Source: Acidobacteriota bacterium
Lineage (GTDB): Bacteria > Acidobacteriota > Terriglobia > 20CM-2-55-15
NCBI GenBank assembly: GCA_022821265.1
Contig: JAJEDW010000076.1
Location: forward strand, 1-49,106
Reading direction: 5' to 3'
DNA: 49,106 bases
Part shown: piece after piece, positions 37,543-46,230 of the stretch
How the letters are laid out: every line of letters starts with the position of its first letter
How positions within the stretch are numbered: position 1 is the stretch's first letter
Made by a program: the position numbers and the translations under genes
The notes under the pieces: generated by a model
What the model was told of the DNA's origin: nothing
Database searches by the model: none
What the model saw: the letters and a program-made list of their open reading frames with translations, nothing else

Positions 37543-40494
37543 GTGCCCCCGTCTCTGGAAGATCGGATCTTCAAGACCGGCGAGCGCCTGTTCCGGCGCA
37601 TCGAAGGCCAGACGTCGTCGGTCTTCCGCCGGGACTTCTGGATCGGCCAAGCCATGGCCTGGTCGATGAGCGATCCCGATTTCAAGGCCAACCTGTTCCG
37701 CTTCGTCGACGTCTTTCCCAGCCTCGGCGACGCGGCCGACGTCGCCCGCCATGCCGAAGAGTACTTCGGACGGGACTCGGGCGGCCTCTTGGGAAAGATC
37801 GGCTTGAGAGCGTTCTCCGGAAGCGTCGGCCGACGGGTGGCCGCCCGGCTTCTGAGAACGCGGATCGAAGCCGTCGCGCGCCAGTTCATTCTGGGAGCGG
37901 GACCGGAAGACGCGCTTCCCGCCCTGGGATCGCTCAGGAAACAGGGACTGTCGTTCACCGTTTCTCTGCTCGGCGAAGCCGTCGTTTCGGAACGCGAGGC
38001 AGACGTCTACCGGCAGCGATACATCGATCTGCTCGAGCAGCTGACCGCGGCTTCGAAACACTGGCCACCGCTCGGAAACGGGAGCGCGCTGGACTGGAAT
38101 CAGACGCCGCGGGTGAACATCTCGGTCAAACCGTCGTCGCTCTACTCCCAGATGTCGGCCCGGGCCTTCGAGCACTCCGTCGAGGGCGCCCGGGCGCGCC
38201 TCCGGTCGATCCTTCGAAGGGCCAACGCGTTGAACGCGGCCGTGACGCTGGACATGGAGCACCGCGACCTGAAGAGCCTGACGCTGGCGTTGTACCGCGG
38301 CGTCATGGACGAGCCCGAGTTCCGGGACTACCCCCACACGGGCGTCGCGATTCAGGCGTATCTGCGCGAGACGGCGGCGGACGCGCGCGATTTGATCGCC
38401 TGGGCCCGGGGCCGGAGCCAACCCGTGTCGGTCCGGCTGGTCAAGGGCGCCTATTGGGACAGCGAAGTCGCCTGGGCGCGCCAGCGAAACTGGCCCGAGC
38501 CGGTCTTCCTGGAGAAGAGCCAATCCGATTGCGCCTTCGAAGACACGGCGCGCCTGTTTCTCGAGAACCACGAGCACGTGCGGCTGGCGTGCGGTTCGCA
38601 CAACCTCCGGTCGCAGGCGTTCGTCATCGAGACGGCCCGCGACCTCGGCATCCCCGACGACGAGGTCGAGTTCCAGGTGCTCTACGGCATGGCCGAACCG
38701 ATCCGGAACGCGTTACTGGCCGAAGGCCGACGTGTCCGGATGTACGCGGCTGTCGGGGAGATGATTCCGGGAATGGCCTACCTGGTCCGGCGGCTCCTGG
38801 AAAACACGTCCAACGAGTCGTTCCTGCGCCAGGGGTTCGTCGAAGGGACCGACCTGGAGGAACTGCTGCGGGCACCCTCCAACGGGTCCGGCGATACTCG
38901 GAGGACCGGGCCGCCGAAAGACGGTTTTCGCAATCAACCCCTGCTCGACTGGACGATCGCGGAAAACCGACGCGCCTTCGCCGCGGCGCTTGAACGCGTG
39001 CGGACGGAGTTCCCCGTCCGTACGCCGCTCGTCATCGGCGCGAATCGCGTGGACACGCCCGACACGATCGAGTCGCACGACCCCAACGACGTCCACTCGA
39101 TCGTCGCCGTCGCCGCGTCCGGCGGCGCCGGGGAGCTCGACCGCGCGGTCCGGGCGGCCTCGGACGCCTATCCCGCCTGGCGCGACACATCGGCCGAGGA
39201 GCGGGCGGGCATTCTGTTCGCGGCGGCCGAAGAGGCGCGTCGACGCCGGATGGACCTGGCGGCGCTGGAAGTGTTCGAGGCCGGGAAGAGCTGGGACGAA
39301 GCCGACGGCGACGTTTCCGAGGCGATCGATTTCCTGGAGTACTACGGCCGGGAGATGGTCCGGCTGGCCCGCCCGCAAGACCTGGCCGCCGTTCCGGGCG
39401 AGGCCACGACGTTGTTCTATGAACCGTGCGGGGTCGCGGCCGTCATCGCGCCGTGGAACTTTCCCATCGCCATCTCGATGGGAATGGTTTCGGCGGCCCT
39501 GGTCACCGGGAACACGGTCGTCTACAAGCCGTCATCGGAGACCCCCGGCTGCGGTTTCGCCGTCTGGGAACTCTTCGACCGCGTGGGACTGCCGCCGGGC
39601 GTGCTCAATTTCTGCCCCGGCCGCGGCGCCGCGGTCGGCGACGGCCTGGTGACGCACCCGGACGTCTGGCTGATCGCGTTCACGGGAAGCCGCGAGGTCG
39701 GGCTCCGCATCAACCGCCTGGCCGGCGAGTCGTCTCTCGAGTCCTCGAACGTCAAGCGTGTGATCGCCGAGATGGGGGGCAAGAACGCGATCATCGTCGA
39801 TACCGACGCCGATCTGGACGCGGCCGTCCGAGACGTCCTCCAGTCGGCTTTCGGCTATCAGGGTCAGAAATGCTCGGCGTGCTCGCGCCTGATCGCCGTC
39901 GACGCCGTTCACGACGCCCTTCTCGAACGACTCGAACAAGCCGCCCAGAGCGTCGAATTGGGTCCGTCCAGGAACCCGGCCGCGTTCATGGGAGCGGTCA
40001 TCTCCGAACAGGCGGCCGAAAAGATCCGCCGATACATCGAGATCGGGAAAGCCGAAGGCCGCGTCGTCGTGGAACGCACGCCGGACGGCGTCGCGGGCCA
40101 TGCGGTTCCGATGACGATCGTCGCCGGCATCGAGCCGGACCACCGCCTGGCGCAGGAGGAGATATTCGGCCCGGTCCTCTCGGTGATGCGCGCGCCGGAC
40201 TTCGATCGGGCCATCGAGATGGCCAACCGGACGCCATACGCGCTGACGGGCGCGGTCTTCTCGCGCAGCCCCGCCCACATCGCACGGGCACGCCGTGACT
40301 TTCGCGTCGGCAATCTCTACATCAATCGCGGTTCGACGGGCGCCATGGTCGGCCGCCACCCGTTCGGCGGGTTCAAGATGTCGGGAGTCGGATCCAAGGC
40401 CGGCGGGCCGGACTACCTGCGCCAGTTCATGGTGCCGCGCAACGTCGTCGAGAACACGATCCGGCGGAGCTTCACGCCCGAAACCGACAGTTGA
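37543..40494 (+). CDS. putA: Bifunctional proline dehydrogenase / P5C (glutamate semialdehyde) dehydrogenase
   Basis: LFRFVDVFP, LDME, RLVKGAYWD, YLVRRLLEN, PWNFP, EMGGKN, GQKCSAC and EEIFGP motifs. No N-terminal DNA-binding domain. Confidence 0.96.
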   Translation: MPPSLEDRIFKTGERLFRRIEGQTSSVFRRDFWIGQAMAWSMSDPDFKANLFRFVDVFPSLGDAADVARHAEEYFGRDSGGLLGKIGLRAFSGSVGRRVAARLLRTRIEAVARQFILGAGPEDALPALGSLRKQGLSFTVSLLGEAVVSEREADVYRQRYIDLLEQLTAASKHWPPLGNGSALDWNQTPRVNISVKPSSLYSQMSARAFEHSVEGARARLRSILRRANALNAAVTLDMEHRDLKSLTLALYRGVMDEPEFRDYPHTGVAIQAYLRETAADARDLIAWARGRSQPVSVRLVKGAYWDSEVAWARQRNWPEPVFLEKSQSDCAFEDTARLFLENHEHVRLACGSHNLRSQAFVIETARDLGIPDDEVEFQVLYGMAEPIRNALLAEGRRVRMYAAVGEMIPGMAYLVRRLLENTSNESFLRQGFVEGTDLEELLRAPSNGSGDTRRTGPPKDGFRNQPLLDWTIAENRRAFAAALERVRTEFPVRTPLVIGANRVDTPDTIESHDPNDVHSIVAVAASGGAGELDRAVRAASDAYPAWRDTSAEERAGILFAAAEEARRRRMDLAALEVFEAGKSWDEADGDVSEAIDFLEYYGREMVRLARPQDLAAVPGEATTLFYEPCGVAAVIAPWNFPIAISMGMVSAALVTGNTVVYKPSSETPGCGFAVWELFDRVGLPPGVLNFCPGRGAAVGDGLVTHPDVWLIAFTGSREVGLRINRLAGESSLESSNVKRVIAEMGGKNAIIVDTDADLDAAVRDVLQSAFGYQGQKCSACSRLIAVDAVHDALLERLEQAAQSVELGPSRNPAAFMGAVISEQAAEKIRRYIEIGKAEGRVVVERTPDGVAGHAVPMTIVAGIEPDHRLAQEEIFGPVLSVMRAPDFDRAIEMANRTPYALTGAVFSRSPAHIARARRDFRVGNLYINRGSTGAMVGRHPFGGFKMSGVGSKAGGPDYLRQFMVPRNVVENTIRRSFTPETDS

Positions 40495-40695
40495 CGCCGC
40501 GTCGGCCAGTCCTGGACGACCTACGGGTTCGGGAACGTCAGGGGAAAGCCGTACCGGCGTTGCCGAACCGGCCGAAGTCGGACGTTTCGGCGCCGGACCC
40601 CTGAGCGGAGAGCGATGACGGCATCGCCAACAACGCCGCAAGGGCGGCCGTTGGGACCACGCCGGGAAGACGGCCGTCGCGGGCGCGAAAACCCC

Positions 40696-41127
40696 TTATC
40701 GGGCCGGCTCGGTGGGGTCGGAGCCGTCCAGCGGCGCGCCCGTGCCCGACGAACCGGCAAACAGGCGCCGTCCATCGGGAAACGTCACGTCCCGCCCGTT
40801 GGCCCGGTTCGATCCGTCCAGCGCGCGATAGCCCTCGACCAGAACTTCCGTGCCCGGCACGACCGAATCCCGGTTCCACCCGCGCCGCACCAGCGCGCCC
40901 GGGGGGCCGGCTTCGATCATCCAACTTTCGACGGTGCCGTCCTCCAGGGTGACGTCCAGGTGCATCCAGGCGTGCGGATTGATCCATTCCATCCGCGTGA
41001 TCTGGCCGCGCAGGCGCACCGGCTGGGTCGAGTCGAACTCCGCCGCGAACGCATGATGGGCCATCGCCGGCTCGACGCCGATCAGCGCGAAGGTCACGGC
41101 CCACAGAAGAACCCAGGCCTTCCGCAT
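40696..41127 (-). CDS. Exported His-His/NPH protein (DUF6152-like), copy 2
   Basis: AMA|HHAF, then GQI...WINPHAWM...WMIE...LVRRGW. GAGG RBS. It is the tail of ORF 40696..41832. Confidence 0.83.
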   Translation of the reverse strand: MRKAWVLLWAVTFALIGVEPAMAHHAFAAEFDSTQPVRLRGQITRMEWINPHAWMHLDVTLEDGTVESWMIEAGPPGALVRRGWNRDSVVPGTEVLVEGYRALDGSNRANGRDVTFPDGRRLFAGSSGTGAPLDGSDPTEPAR

Positions 41128-41132
41128 CGTGA

Positions 41133-42866
41133 TCACCTCTCTTCGTCCTCGCCCGCCCGCTCCCGCGCGCGAGCCCCGGTGAGTATGTTGGTCATGCCGT
41201 AGTTGCCTTCGTGGCAGGCGTATTCGACCAGCTCGTATTGCGAGTCGTCCTTGTCGAAGGTGAACATCGCCGTCCAGGGCCGCGTCCAGGTCGACGGGTC
41301 GTCGACCGTGAAACGGTATTCGAGGATGTCGGGGCCGATCCGCGTGTACCGTTCGATCAGCGTGAGCGTCTCTCCGGATCCGCGGTACGGCGCCCGCCCG
41401 TTGAAGCCCCGGACCTCGACCACGAGCGTGTCCCCTTCCCAGCGGCCGCGGGAATCGCCGAGCCACTGCGTCAGGTTCTCGCCGAGTCGGGGCCGCGGCT
41501 CGGTTGGAACGATGCGGGTTTCGTGAATCATTTCTTTCGTGATCGCCACGTGTCCGGGACCCTGGACGATCTGCAGGCCGTTGTTGTAGATGCCCGGCAT
41601 CATCAGGCCGGGGAGGCCCCGCGTGATGCAGCGCACATAGTTGCTCAGGTCTTCCGGCCCCGCCGGCAGCCCGCCGCGTCCACGCCCGCCGCCGGACATG
41701 CGGGCCTGGGCCTCGGGCGTCAACGGCGGAAGCCGTCCGTCCGGCGGATCGATCACCATGGCCACCTGCGTGGACGGCGACGACCCGACCAGACCGAGCG
41801 TCGTGTCGCGCCACTCCCGCTCGTAGCCCCATATGCTGCCCAACGTGCCGCGTTCGCGCCGGGCGGCCGCTTCTTCCGGAGTCAGCGCCTCGACGCCCTC
41901 GAGGTCGCCGGGGCGTTCCAGCGGAATGCCGTGAGCCCGGTCCCCGGTCCAGATTCCCTGCAGGTCGGGAGCGCCCCAGGGCGTGCGCGGCGCCGTGTAC
42001 GGCTCCAGCGGCACGGCCGGGCCGGCGTCAGTCGCCAGCAGGGTGGTTTCACGACCCGCCCAGCCCGGCTCGACGACCGCCAGGGCCACGCTGTCCGGAC
42101 CCGCGACGAAGGCCCGCCGCGCCGATGTCCGGCCCGCCTCGGGTTCGCCCTCGAACGCGATGCCGGCTTGACTCATGACACCGGCGGCTTCGTCCAGGTC
42201 CGCGACCAGGAAGCCGATGTGGTCCACGGCCCGGCCGCGCGTCGGCGCCGGCGGCGCGCCTTCCGGGTGCGGCGAGACCAGGAGCCAGACGTTGTCGTAC
42301 ATCAGGCCGTCGAGTTCCTCGCCGAAACGGGCGCGCTCGCCCCCCATGACGGACTGATACCAGTCCAGGGTCGCTTCCGGCTCGGTCGAGCTGAGGTGCA
42401 CGTGGTGGAACCCGCTCCGCGACGGGTCTTCGAGAAGCTCGATCCGCGTGCCCCAGGGATCGAAGATGAATCCGTGCGCGAACAGCCCCGGCACGTCTCG
42501 AAACGTCGAACCGTCGTCGAACCGCTGCAACCGGACGCCCCGCCCGCCGACACCGACGCGTTCGAGCTCCGCCATCTTGTCCGCGAGGTCCGGGAAAGCG
42601 AAGCCGATGTGATTCACCCCGGTGCCCGGGCTGGCTCCGACCGTAACCAGGGCGTCGAAGTGGATCTCGACGCCGCAATCGACCGCGTCGGCGCGATCCG
42701 GGATCGCTTCGCATTCCATGTGGCGCACATACCAGGCGACGGCCTCGGTCGGGCTGGGAACGGCCAGATGGACGTGGTGGTAGTCCGCCGCCCGTGTCGG
42801 GTTCGGCGCGGCGGCCATCGAAACCGCGATGGCCAGGGACGTCAGGGCGGCATGTCTAGTGTTCAT
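41133..42866 (-). CDS. Exported fusion: tandem VOC (glyoxalase-like) domains + two-Cys 'WEGDTL' domain
   Basis: Signal peptide, then DYHHVHL..HIGF..IELLE and GFHHVHL..DHIGF..VVE (VOC). Followed by PDLQGIW, RCITRGLP, GRWEGDTLVVE and EYACHEGN. Confidence 0.83.
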   Translation of the reverse strand: MNTRHAALTSLAIAVSMAAAPNPTRAADYHHVHLAVPSPTEAVAWYVRHMECEAIPDRADAVDCGVEIHFDALVTVGASPGTGVNHIGFAFPDLADKMAELERVGVGGRGVRLQRFDDGSTFRDVPGLFAHGFIFDPWGTRIELLEDPSRSGFHHVHLSSTEPEATLDWYQSVMGGERARFGEELDGLMYDNVWLLVSPHPEGAPPAPTRGRAVDHIGFLVADLDEAAGVMSQAGIAFEGEPEAGRTSARRAFVAGPDSVALAVVEPGWAGRETTLLATDAGPAVPLEPYTAPRTPWGAPDLQGIWTGDRAHGIPLERPGDLEGVEALTPEEAAARRERGTLGSIWGYEREWRDTTLGLVGSSPSTQVAMVIDPPDGRLPPLTPEAQARMSGGGRGRGGLPAGPEDLSNYVRCITRGLPGLMMPGIYNNGLQIVQGPGHVAITKEMIHETRIVPTEPRPRLGENLTQWLGDSRGRWEGDTLVVEVRGFNGRAPYRGSGETLTLIERYTRIGPDILEYRFTVDDPSTWTRPWTAMFTFDKDDSQYELVEYACHEGNYGMTNILTGARARERAGEDEER

Positions 42867-42901
42867 GGCACGTGACCTCATGCATCGGACGGGCGTGTCT
42901 T

Positions 42902-43717
42902 TCAGTCCGCCGGCTCGCGCCGCAGGTGTCCGTAAATCAACTCCTCGGAAAACTCGACGCACTTGAATTCTAGGATTTGAACGTTTTCTTCAAGCCGGCG
43001 ATAGAGCGGCATGCGCATGGTCCATGGACGCGTGAAGACGTTCGGATCCTCGATCGTCGCTTCGTACATCATCGCGTTCGGCCCCAACGGCGTGTAACGC
43101 TCTTCCACGCGCAGCGTGTTGCTGGCGAAGTTGCCGGCGCGGTCGAACCAGGACTGGCCGTTGAATCCCGCGACGTCCACGACCAGCGTGTCGCCGTCCC
43201 AACGGCCATGCGAGCGCCCCATCCAGCTGTCGATCGGGGCCGGCTCGGGATTCTCCTTGTTCATGTGGATCGTCCGGCTCGTTTCCGCGAACCCGTAGAC
43301 GATCAGGATCGTGTCGTCGCCCTGAATGATCTGGAACGGGTACGGCAGGTAGGTGGCGCGCGGCACGCCCGGCATGTAGCACTTGATCTCGGGATCCTCG
43401 GTGAACCGGTTCTCGAAGTTCCGTTGCTTCTGCTCGAGCGCCCAGTCCTGGTACGGAATCTCGTTGCCTTCGACCACGCCCTGGCCGGGCGGAATCGCGC
43501 CGATCGCCCCCATTTCGGGCAGGCCGGCCGCTGCGGCATGGTCCTGAATGTCCCAATGCGCCGTGCCGATGGCTTGCCAGATGCCGTTCAGGTCGGGGCG
43601 CCCGTCCCAGGCGCGGGCGAGGTCGGCCTCCTGGGCCGCCGCAACGTTCGCGAATACCAGGAGCGCCGCGGCCGCAAGCGACGTCCGGCGACTCCACCGA
43701 TGATGCTCGAACCCCAT
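42902..43717 (-). CDS. Exported two-Cys 'WEGDTL' domain protein
   Basis: AAGGAG RBS, signal AAA|Q. PDLNGIW, KCYMPGVPR, GRWDGDTLVVD, EDP..FTRPW and EFKCVE. Confidence 0.83.
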   Translation of the reverse strand: MGFEHHRWSRRTSLAAAALLVFANVAAAQEADLARAWDGRPDLNGIWQAIGTAHWDIQDHAAAAGLPEMGAIGAIPPGQGVVEGNEIPYQDWALEQKQRNFENRFTEDPEIKCYMPGVPRATYLPYPFQIIQGDDTILIVYGFAETSRTIHMNKENPEPAPIDSWMGRSHGRWDGDTLVVDVAGFNGQSWFDRAGNFASNTLRVEERYTPLGPNAMMYEATIEDPNVFTRPWTMRMPLYRRLEENVQILEFKCVEFSEELIYGHLRREPAD

Positions 43718-43768
43718 GGACCCTCTCCTTATAGGGTGCCGCGTCACGGCAGTCAAGAAACGGACGGC

Positions 43769-44170
43769 CTACTGGAGCGTGATCCTGAAATCGCCGGCCG
43801 TGTCTCCGTGGCGCCACGTGCCGACGACGGAGCGGGTGGGCGACCCGAGGTCCTCGATCCGGCCGTCGATGACGTATGTGATCGGGTTTCCGGCGGGGTC
43901 CTCCGCCTCGATCCGGATGTGTACGGACCAGTCGCTCGGGTCGAGACGCGCCTCGGTGAACGGCAGGTCGTCCGTGCCGGGATTGACGATTCCCGTGATC
44001 CGCTGCCCGTCCCAGTCCATGGCCACCCGGATACGGTTCCGGTGGTCCGGCGACGGCCCCCAGTAACCGACCCAACTGCCGGTCAGCGGGTGCGCCTCCT
44101 GGGACGAGACCCCGGGCGCCGCGCCGACAACCAGCAGAAGCCCCAACGGGATGCAGAGGGAAAGTTTCAT
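43769..44170 (-). CDS. Small exported beta-rich hypothetical protein
   Basis: Signal MKLSLCIPLGLLLVVGAAPGVSS|QEAHP, then LTGSWVGYWG, MDWDG..ITG.VNPG and GTW...GDF. Confidence 0.75.
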   Translation of the reverse strand: MKLSLCIPLGLLLVVGAAPGVSSQEAHPLTGSWVGYWGPSPDHRNRIRVAMDWDGQRITGIVNPGTDDLPFTEARLDPSDWSVHIRIEAEDPAGNPITYVIDGRIEDLGSPTRSVVGTWRHGDTAGDFRITLQ

Positions 44171-44207
44171 TGTCTCGCGGGGGTCGAATGGCCGCAGAAT
44201 ATACCGC

Positions 44208-45377
44208 ATGAAGACCGGAGCACAACACCCGGAAAGACTTCGCCGGAGGAGGGGCGTCGACCCGCGCACCGCGCGGCGAACGCGGACGGCGCTGATCGGC
44301 GCCTGGTTGTGGGCGTGCGCGCCGCCGCTGGGGGCGCATCATGTCGCCGCCGCCAAGTTCGATCCGGAACGGCCCGTTCGGTTCGAAGGCCGGGTCACCA
44401 AGGTCGATTGGGCCAATCCTCACGTCCACGTCTTCGTCGACGTCGAAGCCCCCGGCGGAGTCGCCAACTGGGCGATCGAGCTCGAAAGCCGCGCGTCCCT
44501 GGAAGCTTCCGGATGGCGGGCCGACACGCTCGCGCTCGGCGAGCCTGTCACGGTCGACGGTTGGGCCGCCCGGGACGGCAGTCTTCAAGCCTGGTCGACG
44601 GCGCTGGCCCGGAGCGGGACCGACGCGCGTCTGTTCGAAACGACGGACCCGGTCGCGGCGTCGGTCCCGTTCCGCGAGACGCCGCGATGGCCGGACGGCC
44701 AGCCGCGTTTGGGACCGGTCCCCGGCGAAACCGGATACTGGGGGAATCCGACGGCGACGGCGCTCGTGGAAGTCGGTGCGGACGTCGAGGTCAGTCCCGA
44801 CGGCATCCTGGCCGACCTGGGCGACGCGCCCGCCGTTGCGCCGTTCCAGGATTGGGCGCTTGCGTTGTACGAGGCCCGGCAGCGCGACTTTCTCGGCAGC
44901 GATCCGAGCTTCCTGAGATGCATCCCGCCGGGCGGCCCCCGGCAGTTCCAGTTGCCCTACGGCGTTCAATTCGTCGAGCAGCGGGATCGGGAGCGCATCT
45001 TCGTCCTCGTCGGGAGCGGCAACCGCAATTGGCACTTCATCTACACCGATGGAAGGGTCCAGGTCGGCCAGATCACCGGAGACGACGACAACCCGCTGTA
45101 CTACGGCCGTTCCGTCGGCGCGTGGGAGGGCGACACGCTCGTCGTGGACACGCGCGGCTTCAACGAGGATTTCTGGTTTTCCAACGGCGGCCTGCCGCAC
45201 ACCGAACGCCTCCATCTGATTCAAAGGATCACGCGCGTGGACTTCGACACGCTGCGTTACGAGGTGACGATCGACGACGCGGGCGCGTACACGCGGCCGT
45301 GGACGGCGGGTTGGAACCTGGAGTGGATCGCCGGCCGGGAACTGCCGGTATACTTCTGTCAGGACAACCGGCCATGA
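44208..45377 (+). CDS. Exported fusion: His-His/NPH (DUF6152-like) domain + two-Cys 'WEGDTL' domain
   Basis: LGA|HHVA...DWANPHVHV...WAIE, followed in frame by PRWPDG, RCIPPGGPR, GAWEGDTLVVDT and YFCQDN. Confidence 0.85.
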   Translation: MKTGAQHPERLRRRRGVDPRTARRTRTALIGAWLWACAPPLGAHHVAAAKFDPERPVRFEGRVTKVDWANPHVHVFVDVEAPGGVANWAIELESRASLEASGWRADTLALGEPVTVDGWAARDGSLQAWSTALARSGTDARLFETTDPVAASVPFRETPRWPDGQPRLGPVPGETGYWGNPTATALVEVGADVEVSPDGILADLGDAPAVAPFQDWALALYEARQRDFLGSDPSFLRCIPPGGPRQFQLPYGVQFVEQRDRERIFVLVGSGNRNWHFIYTDGRVQVGQITGDDDNPLYYGRSVGAWEGDTLVVDTRGFNEDFWFSNGGLPHTERLHLIQRITRVDFDTLRYEVTIDDAGAYTRPWTAGWNLEWIAGRELPVYFCQDNRP

Positions 45378-46210
45378 GACGAAACCATTGCCTGCTGACG
45401 GCTGCGGTGTCGATTCTGCTCGGGGTCCCGGCGCCGCCGGCGTTCTCGCAGGCCGCCGACGCCGTGGAGCCGCGGCCCGCCCCCCGATGGCCGGACGGCC
45501 GGATCCGTCTGGACGCGGTTCCCGGAGAGACGGGCATCTGGTACGGCCCGGGCGGCCCCGTTCCCGGCTTGGCCGATTGGGACGACAACCCGCAGCCGCA
45601 CCCGTTTCCCGGCCGGCCCACAGTCAGCGAGGTGCCGTTCCAGCCGTGGGCGCGCGCCCTGATCGACTACCGCGACGTCAACCAGTTCGAACCGCACGCG
45701 CGCTGCAAGCCGTCGGGCGGCGTCCGGCAGTTCGTGACCCCGTACGGGAACGAGATCGTCGAGATGCGCGATCTGGAGCGCGTGTACATCTTCGACGTCG
45801 GCGGCCCACACACGTTCCGCATCGTCTACATGGACGGCCGCGAGCACCCCGAAGACCTGACGCCCAGCTATTACGGCCATTCCATCGGCTGGTGGGAAGG
45901 CGACACGCTGGTGGTCGACACCGTGGGATTCAACGAGAAGTTCTGGATCGACCGCCGAATCACGGTCCATACGCGGCAGCTCCACCTGATCGAACGGTTC
46001 ACGCGCACCAGCCATGACACCATGGAGTACGTCGTGACCATCGACGATCCCGGCGCATACACGGAACCCTGGACCAGCGGCATGTACCTGCGGTTCCGGC
46101 CGGGTCAGGAGATGTTCGAGTACATCTGCCAGGACCAGAATCAGGCCTTCGAGCTCATGGTGGGCACGCAGGTCGAGTCGTATTTCCGGCAGAGCCGGAT
46201 CGCGCCCTGA
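45374..46210 (+). CDS. Exported two-Cys 'WEGDTL' domain protein
   Basis: ATGA overlap with the upstream gene, signal AFS|Q. PRWPDG, RCKPSGGVR, GWWEGDTLVVDT and EYICQDQN. It is the last 278 aa of the 1077-aa ORF. Confidence 0.83.
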   Translation: MRRNHCLLTAAVSILLGVPAPPAFSQAADAVEPRPAPRWPDGRIRLDAVPGETGIWYGPGGPVPGLADWDDNPQPHPFPGRPTVSEVPFQPWARALIDYRDVNQFEPHARCKPSGGVRQFVTPYGNEIVEMRDLERVYIFDVGGPHTFRIVYMDGREHPEDLTPSYYGHSIGWWEGDTLVVDTVGFNEKFWIDRRITVHTRQLHLIERFTRTSHDTMEYVVTIDDPGAYTEPWTSGMYLRFRPGQEMFEYICQDQNQAFELMVGTQVESYFRQSRIAP

Positions 46211-46230
46211 CCCGATACGGAAGGGGGCGG

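Noticed and set aside
40495-40695. Shared ncRNA or repeat downstream of two domain-A genes (CCGCAAGGGC, CCGTTGGGA and TCGCGGGC also occur in 29240-29424)
   Set aside because: The matches are only 8-10 bp with inconsistent spacing in GC-rich DNA, and I recognised no known RNA motif. Chance cannot be excluded without an alignment or Rfam search.
42977-46210. 1077-aa ORF read as a single giant protein
   Set aside because: Only the last 278 aa (from ATG 45374) have a signal peptide and family motifs. The rest overlaps real genes in other frames or on the other strand.
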